A stretch of DNA of 64,000 nt, taken from positions 32,001-96,000 of IMG/VR virus record IMGVR_UViG_3300032038_000015, one strand, 5' to 3'. This document shows positions 51,474 to 62,309 of the stretch, one piece after another; the first letter of the stretch is position 1, and the number at the start of each line of letters is the position of its first letter. The stretch is from a virus (lineage: Duplodnaviria > Caudoviricetes). A program made the translations under genes and the position numbers. Below the pieces are notes generated by a model. The model saw nothing but the letters and a program-made list of their open reading frames with translations, made no database searches and was not told the origin of the DNA.

Positions 51474-51716
51474 TTATAAATATATTTCAGAATTTGTTAC
51501 ATTTTTAATCCATTTGTTGTAGGCAGATAAGGGTACAATATATTTTCTACCTATTTTAATAGAAGGAAAACTTTCTAATTTGAATAGTTTATATGCAGTC
51601 GTCTTACTCTCTATGTGTAAATTTTCCATAACATCTTCTACTGTTAGCATTGTTTCGAGATTATTTGTTTTATTTTTATATCCCTGTACTTCCAATTCCA
51701 CCACGACTTTCTTCAT
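51474..51716 (-). CDS. xis: excisionase-like HTH protein (start uncertain)
   Basis: [29 protein letters not shown]. Confidence 0.8.
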   Translation of the reverse strand: MKKVVVELEVQGYKNKTNNLETMLTVEDVMENLHIESKTTAYKLFKLESFPSIKIGRKYIVPLSAYNKWIKNVTNSEIYL

Positions 51717-52104
51717 CCAAATGTTCCACCTCTACGAATTCAATATCTGGCTGAATTTTTTGAATTTCAAACTGACAAATTCTATCATTCTTATGAACGA
51801 CTGTGTCTTTTAATGCTATTGCAGGGAACATCCACTGATCTGAATCACCACTGTACGAATTGTCTACCTGACCAACTGAGTTCGCCATAATGATACCAAA
51901 GTTCTTATATGTGCTGCTACGTGGATATACATTAGCTTTATATCCATCTGGTAACTTCATTCCAACTCCCAACGGAATTAAATGAAATTCACCTTTCTTC
52001 AGTTCTACTGTTTCGGCACTTCTAAGGTCAATTAAATCTCCCTGGGTGAATTTTTCTACTTTATCAATCTCATTGTCAAAATATTTAATTTTAATTGTCT
52101 TCAT
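51676..52104 (-). CDS. dut: trimeric dUTPase
   Basis: [28 protein letters not shown]. Confidence 0.92.
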   Translation of the reverse strand: MKTIKIKYFDNEIDKVEKFTQGDLIDLRSAETVELKKGEFHLIPLGVGMKLPDGYKANVYPRSSTYKNFGIIMANSVGQVDNSYSGDSDQWMFPAIALKDTVVHKNDRICQFEIQKIQPDIEFVEVEHLDEESRGGIGSTGI

Positions 52105-52164
52105 TTTTATATTCTCCAATCTATTTTTATAATTGTTCATCTGTATTTTACGCAAATCACCCAT

Positions 52165-52320
52165 TTAGCAATCTTCCTTCTTGTTTTTATATTGATTTGC
52201 TATATCCGCAAGAATAATCTTTATCTGAAATTCACGCAAACAGATTTCATGATAATTCTCACATCTTTTCATGACTTCTTCTATCTCTTTTTCTAGCTGC
52301 AAAAAACTTACATCGCCCAT
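52165..52320 (-). CDS. small hypothetical protein (51 aa)
   Basis: ORF filling the gap, with RBS. Confidence 0.45.
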   Translation of the reverse strand: MGDVSFLQLEKEIEEVMKRCENYHEICLREFQIKIILADIANQYKNKKEDC

Positions 52321-52326
52321 AATGTA

Positions 52327-52920
52327 TCATCCTTTCTCAATCTCTTTGTGTAAATAGTTAATGTATTCGTTCCATTTACCAATCGAGTGAATATACTCTT
52401 TTGATTTCAGACATTTCTTTTTCATATCTGCTTTAATATTCTCTATTGGGTTCTTCTTAGTTGCTAATAATTTGATAAAATTGTTTGTGCTATGTGTTAG
52501 GGTTAAAATGCGTTCCTGTGGAATTTTAGCGACTATTTGTTTATACATATCTAAATCTTTGTCTGGAATAATATAAGTGCATTTTGGTAGGTTTTTAGAT
52601 GAAAAAGGACTAATGCCAGCACCAGATGTTTTTGGTTTTAATAGTGGAATAATCTTGCTTGAATTACCATACTTGAATTTGAATAAAACTTCTGTATCAG
52701 TTTCTTCTATATTAAATATGGTTGACGGATTAGTTTGTTGAATTGCTTTTAGAACATTATGACCTCTTCCAAGTGAAGGAATATAAGCTTGTAGAATATC
52801 TCGACCATAATGGAATATTTTATTTCCGTATTGGCAGTCTATATAAACATCTACATCTTCTAATGTACCATTTAGTTTTCTAGGAAAATCGTTTGTAGTT
52901 AGGTCGTAAGGTGCTTTCAA
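52327..52920 (-). CDS. hypothetical protein (frame extends upstream to a possible ACG start near 52959)
   Basis: ORF track. Confidence 0.6.
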   Translation of the reverse strand: MKAPYDLTTNDFPRKLNGTLEDVDVYIDCQYGNKIFHYGRDILQAYIPSLGRGHNVLKAIQQTNPSTIFNIEETDTEVLFKFKYGNSSKIIPLLKPKTSGAGISPFSSKNLPKCTYIIPDKDLDMYKQIVAKIPQERILTLTHSTNNFIKLLATKKNPIENIKADMKKKCLKSKEYIHSIGKWNEYINYLHKEIEKG

Positions 52921-52972
52921 GCGATATTTCCCTTTAAATTTATCTACTAAATAACTCGTTCATATCACCTCT

Positions 52973-53254
52973 TTAATATTCTTCATAATAGGTTTCTTGG
53001 CTCACATTTTTCTTTTTATGTTTTTCAGCTTCTTTTACTTTGGCAAGACATTCTTTCCTATCTTTAAAGACAGTTCCTTTGTCGAAACTTTTATAAGAAA
53101 ACAGGTGTGCTCGTTTTGTTTTGTCCTCTAATCCAACGTAATAATCATCTTCTACTGTGCGAATTTTTAATTCACATACTTCATATAAGCCAAGATTAGG
53201 CATTATACGTGCATAATATACTTTATCTCCTTTATGTAAATCATCTTTAGTCAC
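52973..53254 (-). CDS. hypothetical protein
   Basis: ORF coupled to nrdG. Confidence 0.6.
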   Translation of the reverse strand: MTKDDLHKGDKVYYARIMPNLGLYEVCELKIRTVEDDYYVGLEDKTKRAHLFSYKSFDKGTVFKDRKECLAKVKEAEKHKKKNVSQETYYEEY

Positions 53255-53792
53255 AATATAAGACCACCTTTCCTTGTTTGAGAGTTTCTGGAATCGAAAT
53301 AACTCGTTGATTCTTGCTGCCCCGCCACTTCAATGTTACATCTCTTTGCTCATCTATATATCTTCCATCTACAACTACATCACATGATTTAATAATTTCT
53401 CTACGCTTGAAATTGTCCATTCCATCTTGTGATATAGTTGATGCTTGTCCTCGAAAGATTTCTGAAAAAGAATATCCTGTATATAGCCAGATTGTTTTTT
53501 CAGGAAAAGAAATACGGATTTCTTTAATTAGAGACAAGACTTCATCGAGGTTTCGTTCCGCTAAAGGTTCGCCCCCTAGAATAGAAATTCGATTAATATA
53601 TGGTCTATCAATAAGCGTTATAAATTTATTTTTTGTTTCTTCTGTCCATTCTTTACCACCATTAAAATCCCATGTTTCTGTATTAAAGCAGTTTTTACAG
53701 TGTGGATTTCTGTCACATCCTTGAACAAACAGGGCGACTCCAATATTCGCCCCGTTGCTAATATCAAGGTTACGTATACTCGCATACCTCAT
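53247..53792 (-). CDS. nrdG: anaerobic ribonucleotide reductase activase (radical SAM)
   Basis: LFVQGC....HCKNCFN, LGGEPL, DGRY, WRGSKNQR. Confidence 0.95.
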   Translation of the reverse strand: MRYASIRNLDISNGANIGVALFVQGCDRNPHCKNCFNTETWDFNGGKEWTEETKNKFITLIDRPYINRISILGGEPLAERNLDEVLSLIKEIRISFPEKTIWLYTGYSFSEIFRGQASTISQDGMDNFKRREIIKSCDVVVDGRYIDEQRDVTLKWRGSKNQRVISIPETLKQGKVVLYCD

Positions 53793-53794
53793 AT

Positions 53795-56700
53795 TTAATC
53801 CTCCATATATTCCATGTCGTCCAAATGATAAACACGATCATGAATATCACCATACCTACCCTGATTACCACCATTTTTTGCAGTACCAATATAACCACAA
53901 ACTCTAAATGCTATATCCATTGTTGTATTGTCAGTATTCCCACAGCTAGGACATTCCCATTTAAGTCTATTGTTTTCATCTGATACAAGAGGAATATCAC
54001 CATCAAAGCCACATTTTTCACAATAACAACTCTTTGTGTTAATCTCTGCATACATGATGTTGTTATAAATAAATTTAATAACTTCTAATATAGCAGGAAT
54101 ATTATGACTCATACTTGGTACTTCGATATATGAAATTGCTCCTCCTGGACTTAATTTCTGGAATTTTGATTCGATTCTTAACTTTTCAAATGCCGTGATA
54201 TGTTCAAAGACAGGAATATGGTAAGAATTAGTAATATAATTTCTATCAAAACCATCTAATTTTTCAAAGATGTCGCTACCGAAACGAGATTTTAGACACT
54301 TTGCAAATTTGTAAGTTGTGGACTCTAATGGTGTTCCGTACAAACTATAGTCAATGTTTTCAGCTTGTTTCCACTGATTACATTTATCATTTAACGCCTG
54401 CATAACCTTTAATCCAAATTCTTCGCCAATCCCTTCATCGGAATGAGAATGACCAGTCATAAATTTTACACATTCATATAAACCAGCATAACCAAGCGAG
54501 ATTGTAGAATAACCATCATAAAGAAGTCTGTCAATTTTTTCATGTTTCTTTAATCTTGCATATGCTCCATGTTGCCATAAAATAGGTGCTACATCAGAAG
54601 ATGTACCAAGCAATCTCTCGTGTCTTGCCCTAAGTGCTTTATGACACAACTCAGTTCTTTCCTTAAAGATTTCCCAAAACTTATCAAAATCTCCGTCAGA
54701 TGAGAAAGCAATATCTGGAAGTGAAATCGTTACAACACCCTGATTGAATCGTCCATAATATTTATGTTTATTCGGATCAAAGTTCTTTGCATTTGCAATA
54801 TTTCCCACTTTATCCGTAAATCTATCTACAGTAAGGAAACTTCGGCAATTGTGGCTATAAATACCACTAACTTCAAAATGTTCACTAGATGTTGTCACAT
54901 CATAACTATACATTTCTTTGTGAATCGGATTAATCTTGATAACCTCTGATTCAATAGCATATCCTGATACATTTGATTCAATATAGTTATCACATTTCTT
55001 TTTGCATACAATGTAATTAACTAATTCATCAGTTGGGTAAAATTCAACCCTATATCTAATCAATTCTGGATTTTTCTTTGTGTAATGATTATGATAAATT
55101 TTAGCTGGGATTCCAATAGATTGTGCTAACGCCATTTGCTGAAGTGCCAATTCTTTATTAGTAGAACCGATTTGAACAGTAGAAAAGTTATTTTCATTTT
55201 GATGTGAATTGATATATCCGTCAGCATCAATCATTCCTGCAAAAAAGGCAAGCTTCGCTTCATAATTCCATGAGAATACTTCATTCGGAATTTGTCTATT
55301 TACTTTATTGATACCACCAAATTTTGATGTAAAATAATTTGTCACATATTGAATTCCACCGTTATTATCTGAAATTGCACATAAATCTTTGTATGTTCCT
55401 TTTTTACCACGTTCTTGTAGAACTGTTTTAACATTCAGTCCGAAATACTTAGTAAATGTATTGCTAAATTTTTCTTCAATTTCATCTTCTCCTGTTGCAG
55501 CAATAGACGCAAATACATGATTATTTTGATAACATCCATCACATAACATAAATCCCAATAGCCATGCTTTATCAGCATTGAACAGAATTGATTCTTCCTT
55601 ATATTGATTTGAGTTGATTAAGATTTTGTCTCCAAGTTTCAATTCTGATGCGTGTACATTTCTGCCATCTCTTAATGTTAATGGATGATCCGTTGTACAT
55701 AATAATCTTCTACCATTAGAAAAGTCCACATCCAACCATTCACTTGATACATTACGAATAATTCTTTTTGTATCAACAAATCCTTTTTTTGTATCATAAA
55801 TCGTTACTTCTGATAAATCCATATATAAATTAGGATTATCTTCGGAATACTGGTGTTTGATTTCAAATGAATCAGACAACCTCCTCCACATTCTTTCGAA
55901 TGATTCTACATATAAATTATTCTTAATCTTATATGTAATAAGTTCTTTTCCGTCAACGCATCCCATACATGTATAAACATCACCCTTTAATTCAAGCATC
56001 ATTTTTTCGGATATGTAATCAGGGACAAGTCTCTTAGATGAACATTCAGCAGCTAATTCTGTAAGATACCAATATTTAGAATCTTCTGTAATGTTATCTT
56101 CTTCTAATACATAAATAAGCTTTGGAAATGCAGGAGCAATATAAACACCTTTTTCATTCTTCACCCCTTGAATTCTCTGGTGAAGCATTTCTTCAATTAA
56201 CATTGCCAAGTCAGCTTTCTCACATTCATTTTTTGCTTCGTTTAAATACATAAAAATTGTGATAAAAGGTGCTTGTCCATTTGTTGTCATAAGCGTGACC
56301 AACTGATACTGGATTGTTTGAACACCTTTTTCTATTTCTTCTTTTAATCGTTTATTGGTGATATGAACAACTTCTGCGAGTTCTTCATTATACTCACTAA
56401 TCAATCCATTATTAAATAACTCTTCTGTTACTTTTTTTCTAATTGATTTTCTACTTACATCAACAAATGGGGCTAAGTGTGCTAGAGAAATACTCTGCCC
56501 ACCATACTGATTACTGGCAATCTGAGCAATAGCCTGCGTTTCGATATTGCAAGCAGTTGAAAAACTATGTGGCGTTTCAATAAGAGTTTCGCTAATTACA
56601 GTATTATTTTGAAGCATATCTTCAGAATTGACCAACCCACAGTTATGCATGTGCTGCAAGAAATAATCAGCATCATGAAAATGAATTAGTCCATCATTAT

Positions 56701-57157
56701 GAGCCTGAATAATTTCAGGAGATAATAAATATCTTTTTGTTATATCTGTGCTAACAGATCCAGCAATATAATCTCTTTTGGTAGGATTTAATACTGGATT
56801 TTTATTTGCATTTTCATCCTTCCAATATTCGTCTTTATCTTCTACAAGATCATGGATCTCTATGTCTGTTGTATTCTCGTTATCTCTCTGAAACTCACGA
56901 ATACTTCTATACCCCTCGTATGCTTTTGCTGTAAGTCTCTGCTTCTTAGTAATCAATTTATCATAAACCATTGATTCAATATCAGAGATGCTTACTTCTT
57001 CTTTATCCTTACATTCATTTTCGATTTCATCTGCAATGTCTTCAGCAATCTTTGGTTTTACAATACCTGAACCATTTTTCATAGCTTTAAGAATTGCAGT
57101 TGAGATTTTTGATTTGTCAAAATCAACTTCTGAACAATCTCTCTTAATTATCGTCAT
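53795..57157 (-). CDS. nrdD: class III ribonucleotide reductase with intein
   Basis: ATP cone; HNCGL; MG|CRSF split by the intein; glycyl-radical motif RVCGYIG. Confidence 0.96.
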   Translation of the reverse strand: MTIIKRDCSEVDFDKSKISTAILKAMKNGSGIVKPKIAEDIADEIENECKDKEEVSISDIESMVYDKLITKKQRLTAKAYEGYRSIREFQRDNENTTDIEIHDLVEDKDEYWKDENANKNPVLNPTKRDYIAGSVSTDITKRYLLSPEIIQAHNDGLIHFHDADYFLQHMHNCGLVNSEDMLQNNTVISETLIETPHSFSTACNIETQAIAQIASNQYGGQSISLAHLAPFVDVSRKSIRKKVTEELFNNGLISEYNEELAEVVHITNKRLKEEIEKGVQTIQYQLVTLMTTNGQAPFITIFMYLNEAKNECEKADLAMLIEEMLHQRIQGVKNEKGVYIAPAFPKLIYVLEEDNITEDSKYWYLTELAAECSSKRLVPDYISEKMMLELKGDVYTCMGCVDGKELITYKIKNNLYVESFERMWRRLSDSFEIKHQYSEDNPNLYMDLSEVTIYDTKKGFVDTKRIIRNVSSEWLDVDFSNGRRLLCTTDHPLTLRDGRNVHASELKLGDKILINSNQYKEESILFNADKAWLLGFMLCDGCYQNNHVFASIAATGEDEIEEKFSNTFTKYFGLNVKTVLQERGKKGTYKDLCAISDNNGGIQYVTNYFTSKFGGINKVNRQIPNEVFSWNYEAKLAFFAGMIDADGYINSHQNENNFSTVQIGSTNKELALQQMALAQSIGIPAKIYHNHYTKKNPELIRYRVEFYPTDELVNYIVCKKKCDNYIESNVSGYAIESEVIKINPIHKEMYSYDVTTSSEHFEVSGIYSHNCRSFLTVDRFTDKVGNIANAKNFDPNKHKYYGRFNQGVVTISLPDIAFSSDGDFDKFWEIFKERTELCHKALRARHERLLGTSSDVAPILWQHGAYARLKKHEKIDRLLYDGYSTISLGYAGLYECVKFMTGHSHSDEGIGEEFGLKVMQALNDKCNQWKQAENIDYSLYGTPLESTTYKFAKCLKSRFGSDIFEKLDGFDRNYITNSYHIPVFEHITAFEKLRIESKFQKLSPGGAISYIEVPSMSHNIPAILEVIKFIYNNIMYAEINTKSCYCEKCGFDGDIPLVSDENNRLKWECPSCGNTDNTTMDIAFRVCGYIGTAKNGGNQGRYGDIHDRVYHLDDMEYMED
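54848..55960 (-). mobile_element. 371-aa intein with LAGLIDADG endonuclease
   Basis: Begins CVDG; block B TTDHP; LLGFMLCDG and FAGMIDADG; ends YDVT...SHN followed by C+1. Confidence 0.93.
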
Positions 57158-57504
57158 TAATTTTCCTCCTGTGAAATAAATGTCCTTCTATACCATCTAT
57201 CAGCTTTATACGAATGCCATTTTTCAATGACATTTTCAACTGTAGTATCACTTAATTCTTTGTTAAATAAGTATTTAATCTGCTCAATGTTCATTATAAC
57301 ATCAGATAATTCTTCAAAAAGATTTTCTCTAACTTCTTCTTCTGATTTTGGAGTTAAACCTTTTGTTGTTCTACGGTATTTTAAACATGACTGTATAAGT
57401 TCTGCACATTCTTCTGATAACTGGCATAGAATCTCTTCTTTTCCAAGTTTGTCTGCGATTTCAAATACTTTTTTATCCACTTTTATCTCCTTCCTTAATT
57501 CCAC
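57157..57504 (-). CDS. MazG-like NTP pyrophosphohydrolase
   Basis: EECAELIQ..EELSDV. Confidence 0.75.
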   Translation of the reverse strand: MELRKEIKVDKKVFEIADKLGKEEILCQLSEECAELIQSCLKYRRTTKGLTPKSEEEVRENLFEELSDVIMNIEQIKYLFNKELSDTTVENVIEKWHSYKADRWYRRTFISQEEN

Positions 57505-57832
57505 AAGAAATCAACCTTTCATCATGGCTTCTTTTTATTATTCTTATTCTTGTGTTGCCAAATCATATCATCCAATTCTTCTATCATATAATAGATAGGT
57601 ACAAAAATAATAAGGCACACAAGAAATACACTAACTACAACAATATCACTCATATTTATTCTGTCTCCAAATCTTTTATCTTTACTTTTAACGATTCTAG
57701 TTTCTTGTACTTTTCAGAGTCATATTTGGTATGATCTTTTATGATCATATGTGTTTGCTCATTACAAATAAGTTCTATAAGCATCTTCTTTTCATCCTTA
57801 CTAACACCAGACACATTTTTTTCACCACCCAT

Positions 57833-58093
57833 CTATCTTAACGTATTGATTCCTTTATTTTCACGAATATTCAAATTTATTTTAGGGGTTGGATAACCAT
57901 TAACTTGAATACTCTCAACTATATATTCTCTATCTTCTTTCTTGTCGTGAACAATAATGAAATCATCCTCTAATTTACTTAACTCCCTTATCAACATTCT
58001 ACTTGTGCTAATCACCCTATGCTTCCACCACACTTTCTTTGCAAAATTTAATAATGTTACTTGTGTGTTCAGCGATAGAAGTATCATTATCAT
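57833..58093 (-). CDS. hypothetical protein (real start probably near 58014)
   Basis: ORF track. Confidence 0.45.
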   Translation of the reverse strand: MIMILLSLNTQVTLLNFAKKVWWKHRVISTSRMLIRELSKLEDDFIIVHDKKEDREYIVESIQVNGYPTPKINLNIRENKGINTLR

Positions 58094-58601
58094 TTACAAT
58101 TGTTAAATCAGCAATCTGCTTCATTCCCATAAACATACCAAAATCTCTTTCAACCCTAGATGCTAATTCATCCTTGTCAGAAAATGTAAAATCTTTATCT
58201 CCAATTCTATCTATGTAACGTTTCATTCTTACGCCTAATGGGCAGGTTATATAAATAACTTTATACTGAATGTTATTAACATCTAATGTTTTTTTGGCTT
58301 GTCTCACTCCATTAGGTGTAAGAATAACAACCTTGTCATTTGCTGGATTGGTTATGTAATCTGCTGTTAATGTACCATATAATCTATCTTGAGAATATTC
58401 TTCATTTTCAGCCATCAACCCGTTATTTTTCATAAATTCAAAGCAACTATTTGAGATAAAATGATAATCAACGCCATCTTTTTCACCTTCTCTTGGAAAA
58501 CGAGTTGTATATGAAACGATGTTCTCATATCCATTTTTAACTAACCAATCCTTTATTGTATCTTTCCCACTACCAGATTCTCCACATAAAATGATAACCA
58601 T
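58017..58601 (-). CDS. gmk: guanylate kinase
   Basis: GESGSGKDT, SYTTRFPREGEKDGVDYHF. Confidence 0.92.
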   Translation of the reverse strand: MVIILCGESGSGKDTIKDWLVKNGYENIVSYTTRFPREGEKDGVDYHFISNSCFEFMKNNGLMAENEEYSQDRLYGTLTADYITNPANDKVVILTPNGVRQAKKTLDVNNIQYKVIYITCPLGVRMKRYIDRIGDKDFTFSDKDELASRVERDFGMFMGMKQIADLTIVNDNDTSIAEHTSNIIKFCKESVVEA

Positions 58602-58748
58602 TTATTTTTCCTCCTCTAAAATTAAATTGATAATTTTTCCATCGTTGATTTCTAAATGATAACCTTCATTATATAAAGCATCGCAATCATAAATGGTTAT
58701 CATATCCAGTTCTGCAATTTTATTATAATCCATAATACAAACTCCTTC

Positions 58749-59543
58749 CTATTTATATACTCTTATTTTTACAATCTTACCAGCAAAAGCACTTGAAGCA
58801 TAACTCACATCACCCATTCTTCTTGCTTGTCTTGGTAAATATGATGTATTTACTACAAATTCTGTTATAGAACCATCACTATGTATTCGATGATTGCTTA
58901 CTGTGTCTTTATCAGCCTTACAGTCGGCTAGAATACATTTTAATACGTGTGTTTTACCATTTTTGCTCAACACAAGGTCAATTTTTGTACCAATTTTCGT
59001 AGTGTAATAGCTACCAACTGCTACGCAATATCTATCTCCCACCATGTATACGCCAGTATTATAATCAAGTCGCCAACTACGCTTCAAACGACCTTGTGGA
59101 ATGCTTGTACTATTTGTTATACAAGAACCACTTTCATAGCTTTTAAACGAATTGTTACTAGGTGATGGATATTCTATATATCTTTTTCTCTTATTTTTCT
59201 TTTTGCTTGTGTATTTTTTACACACATATCGTTTTTTACCTTTATACATAATTGACAGCCATTTCTTATTATCACTGATTACCTTAATTTTGTTGTTAAA
59301 ATGTAATTTTGCAACAGCCTTCGATTTTGTAGTTGGTCTTACACGCACATTAAGTACATCTGCTTTTACATATCTTATTTTAAATTTCTTTTTCTTTGTT
59401 GGTTGTTGTGGTTGTACAGTAATTAAATCGTTTTTGTCAGTTATTGCACTTCCAGTTGTTGTCATATTCCCTGCCACTACTGGCAAGGGCTGTTGAATAG
59501 CTAACGCTATAGCCATAGTTAAGAATAATTTTCTTTTAATCAT
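58749..59543 (-). CDS. secreted SH3 cell-wall protein with 3D/DPBB-like domain
   Basis: Signal peptide; LNVR..P; YCVAVGSYY..ILADCK. Confidence 0.65.
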   Translation of the reverse strand: MIKRKLFLTMAIALAIQQPLPVVAGNMTTTGSAITDKNDLITVQPQQPTKKKKFKIRYVKADVLNVRVRPTTKSKAVAKLHFNNKIKVISDNKKWLSIMYKGKKRYVCKKYTSKKKNKRKRYIEYPSPSNNSFKSYESGSCITNSTSIPQGRLKRSWRLDYNTGVYMVGDRYCVAVGSYYTTKIGTKIDLVLSKNGKTHVLKCILADCKADKDTVSNHRIHSDGSITEFVVNTSYLPRQARRMGDVSYASSAFAGKIVKIRVYK

Positions 59544-59594
59544 ACATGCCTCCTAATTGAGTGTTGTCATTAGTTACAATTATTTATTCTCTCT

Positions 59595-60188
59595 TTATAT
59601 CCAGCTAAAAGTTGGCTTGTCATTATATTGCTTATTCCAAATAACCCAAACAAACATTTTTGTACCACCATTTTTTGGTTTTTCCTCTCCATAAGGAAAC
59701 ATAGTTACTCTATCAGAATGAATATACATATGCTGTATATGACTGTTTTCTAACAATTCCTTTCTATCCTTACTAGATAGGAAGAAAATATTTACAAGCA
59801 ATATAACCTTTTGTCTTGAAATCCTCAGAAATTCTTTTAAAAGACTGCCACCTTTACATTCTTTTAAGGTCATTAAATTGTATGGTGGATTTGTGACTAT
59901 AACGTCACATGAATTATCTTCTATGTCATATACATTTATTCCCTTTTCTCCTCTTACAAAATCAGCAGTTTGAATGTCAGAATTCTTTACATTTTCAAAC
60001 CCATATTTTTCAAGAACGTTTGATATAGCACCTGCTCCACTACAAGGCTCAAGAATATCATCTTGTTTAGTTATGTATCCATCTCTCAACATTGCGTCTA
60101 AAGCTTTTTCTGTAGCCCATGTTGGAGTTTCATAAAAATCATATACATCATTTTTCTTTCTTCCTGTTATTGAAAGACCATTACTCAT
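59595..60188 (-). CDS. N6-adenine/N4-cytosine DNA methyltransferase
   Basis: DFYETP, LEPCSGAG, VTNPPY. Confidence 0.85.
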   Translation of the reverse strand: MSNGLSITGRKKNDVYDFYETPTWATEKALDAMLRDGYITKQDDILEPCSGAGAISNVLEKYGFENVKNSDIQTADFVRGEKGINVYDIEDNSCDVIVTNPPYNLMTLKECKGGSLLKEFLRISRQKVILLVNIFFLSSKDRKELLENSHIQHMYIHSDRVTMFPYGEEKPKNGGTKMFVWVIWNKQYNDKPTFSWI

Positions 60189-60190
60189 AT

Positions 60191-61480
60191 TTATTTATTC
60201 TCCTTCTCTTCATCATCTGGAATTGATTTGTCAAAACGAACACCAAGATAGATTGGGAATTGTAAAGATTTTAGATTTGTTTTCTTATCTGTTGTGACTT
60301 CCTTGTATTTAACATCTACGATGTGATTTAGAATTTCATCTTTATGTGACCAATAATAAACTCTCTGTTCATCTGTGAATCCGCTACCTACATTAACTGT
60401 ATTATCATAATATTTACAAACAATTGCACCTAATCGACCTTTGTTACGACCAGTTCCTTCTTCAATACCAACAACTCTAAGTGAAGTATCAAAAAATTTC
60501 TTGACCTTGATAAGTGTTTTTACTCGTTTGCATTCATATGGTGTATCAAGATTTATCATACAACCTTCCCAATCATTCTCTTCGGCATAATCTAACCACT
60601 TCCAAATTTGAGAATGATCAGTTCCTTCATATACCATTGTCACAAGTTCAAGATTTTCTGTTGGATTATTTTTGAGATTTTCAGCGAATTGCTTTAGATA
60701 TGTATTTTTTCTGTCAGAATAAGATAATTTAGATTTTCCTTGCCGAAATTCTTCTAATGGGAAAATATCAAATACCACAAGTTTGAGATTGGATTTGTCA
60801 TCACTCTTACTCATTGCAATCCCAGTACCTTTTTGAAATGCTTCTGAATCAGATAGTCCTTCCTTATTCTTATATAGAAGTTCACCATCTACGAACATGT
60901 TTTCATATCCCATATTCTTTAAATCAGAAATAATATGCTCAAGACCTGTGTACTCCTTTCCTTGTCGTGTCATACACTTGTTGCCAACAAATGCTGTGCG
61001 TGTTCCATTTAATTTGCGACTAATTGAGATTGATTCATTTGGTTTTATTTTGCACTTCTCAATTGGTGTACCTAACATTACGTCAAATGTTGGTATAAGA
61101 CCAGGAATTACTTTATTGACAACCTTTTTATCACAACCCAAACGGAACTTTTTTGTCACCATTTGTTTATAAAACTCTTGATATTCTTCGGGCTGATTTT
61201 CGATAAATCCTTGTACTGTTCCAATATCCATATCACTACCTGAATTAAACTCTAATAAGTATTTCATTACTTCTTCAAAAGAGTTCAATTCTGTTCCTGA
61301 CATACCAACGAATTTATTTAATTTTTTATCACTAATGCCAGTTATAATGTTCGAATCGAGCAAGAACACTAAACATTTTTTGAATAATTCGTTATTTTTA
61401 TTGGCTTCAATGATAGATTTTTTATCGTTTATGCTACTTGTATTTTGAATTTGTTTAAATATTTTAATTACTTTTTCCAT
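60191..61480 (-). CDS. lig: ATP-dependent DNA ligase
   Basis: KLNGTR, DGEL, VFD, EGCM, KVK, VGSGF, LQFP. Confidence 0.92.
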   Translation of the reverse strand: MEKVIKIFKQIQNTSSINDKKSIIEANKNNELFKKCLVFLLDSNIITGISDKKLNKFVGMSGTELNSFEEVMKYLLEFNSGSDMDIGTVQGFIENQPEEYQEFYKQMVTKKFRLGCDKKVVNKVIPGLIPTFDVMLGTPIEKCKIKPNESISISRKLNGTRTAFVGNKCMTRQGKEYTGLEHIISDLKNMGYENMFVDGELLYKNKEGLSDSEAFQKGTGIAMSKSDDKSNLKLVVFDIFPLEEFRQGKSKLSYSDRKNTYLKQFAENLKNNPTENLELVTMVYEGTDHSQIWKWLDYAEENDWEGCMINLDTPYECKRVKTLIKVKKFFDTSLRVVGIEEGTGRNKGRLGAIVCKYYDNTVNVGSGFTDEQRVYYWSHKDEILNHIVDVKYKEVTTDKKTNLKSLQFPIYLGVRFDKSIPDDEEKENK

Positions 61481-61511
61481 TTATTTTCCTTTCCTAAGAA
61501 ATGAACATTTA

Positions 61512-62234
61512 CTATCCTTCATACATAATCAGTTCTTTTGCATATGGAAGAGACTCTACCCATTTACAAAATGTATCCACCCACTCCTCTTTGAGTCTAT
61601 GATGTCTACGCTGAAAATACATATTACGAATTTCCGCATAATTTGTGTCCCATGTTCTCATCTGTTCAAACCCTTCTGGTAACATACGCTTTGCCCTAAC
61701 AAGAAGACGGTTCATTTTTTCATTATCTTTTGTTGTTTTCTGTATTTCCTTATATTCCAAACGAAGAGATTCAAGTTTGCTTACTGTATAAGTCCACCAA
61801 TCAATATCTTCCTCACAGAAAACAAACATATCCAAAGTAATTGGATTATCATTATTAAGTAATTTGTGCATGGTTGAACAACTATTTTTTGTATTAAAAT
61901 GATAAGTATCACCTTCAGACCACCAGTATCTAGGCATATCTACATCTACAGCAACATGAATCATTCTCATAAATTTGCAATGTTCTGAACCAGTTTTAAT
62001 GAGAGTCTGTGCAAGTTTCATGTCATTATCACCTATAATAAAAGGTTCACCGCCATCATCTCCATACATATAACATTTATCTGTATCAAAATTTTTACAA
62101 AATTCTGAACAGTGTTTGCCAGATGGTGTTTTTAGACAATTAAAACTATCACTCTTATGCCAGCTATTCTTCGGATTTCTCATCCCACGGAGACTATGTT
62201 CAAATCCCCAAACTTCTGTATTCTCAAACTTCAA
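61512..62234 (-). CDS. ThyX-like flavin-dependent thymidylate synthase (divergent phage type)
   Basis: H.KFMR, PRYWW.E.DTY, NSCSTMH, QRRHHRL.EW; canonical RHR motif not seen. Confidence 0.6.
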   Translation of the reverse strand: MKFENTEVWGFEHSLRGMRNPKNSWHKSDSFNCLKTPSGKHCSEFCKNFDTDKCYMYGDDGGEPFIIGDNDMKLAQTLIKTGSEHCKFMRMIHVAVDVDMPRYWWSEGDTYHFNTKNSCSTMHKLLNNDNPITLDMFVFCEEDIDWWTYTVSKLESLRLEYKEIQKTTKDNEKMNRLLVRAKRMLPEGFEQMRTWDTNYAEIRNMYFQRRHHRLKEEWVDTFCKWVESLPYAKELIMYEG

Positions 62235-62309
62235 TTTTATTCCTCCTATTTTATAAACAAATGAAAATTCAATTTCTTTTTATTTATTCTATTTAATTCC
62301 ATAACTTTC

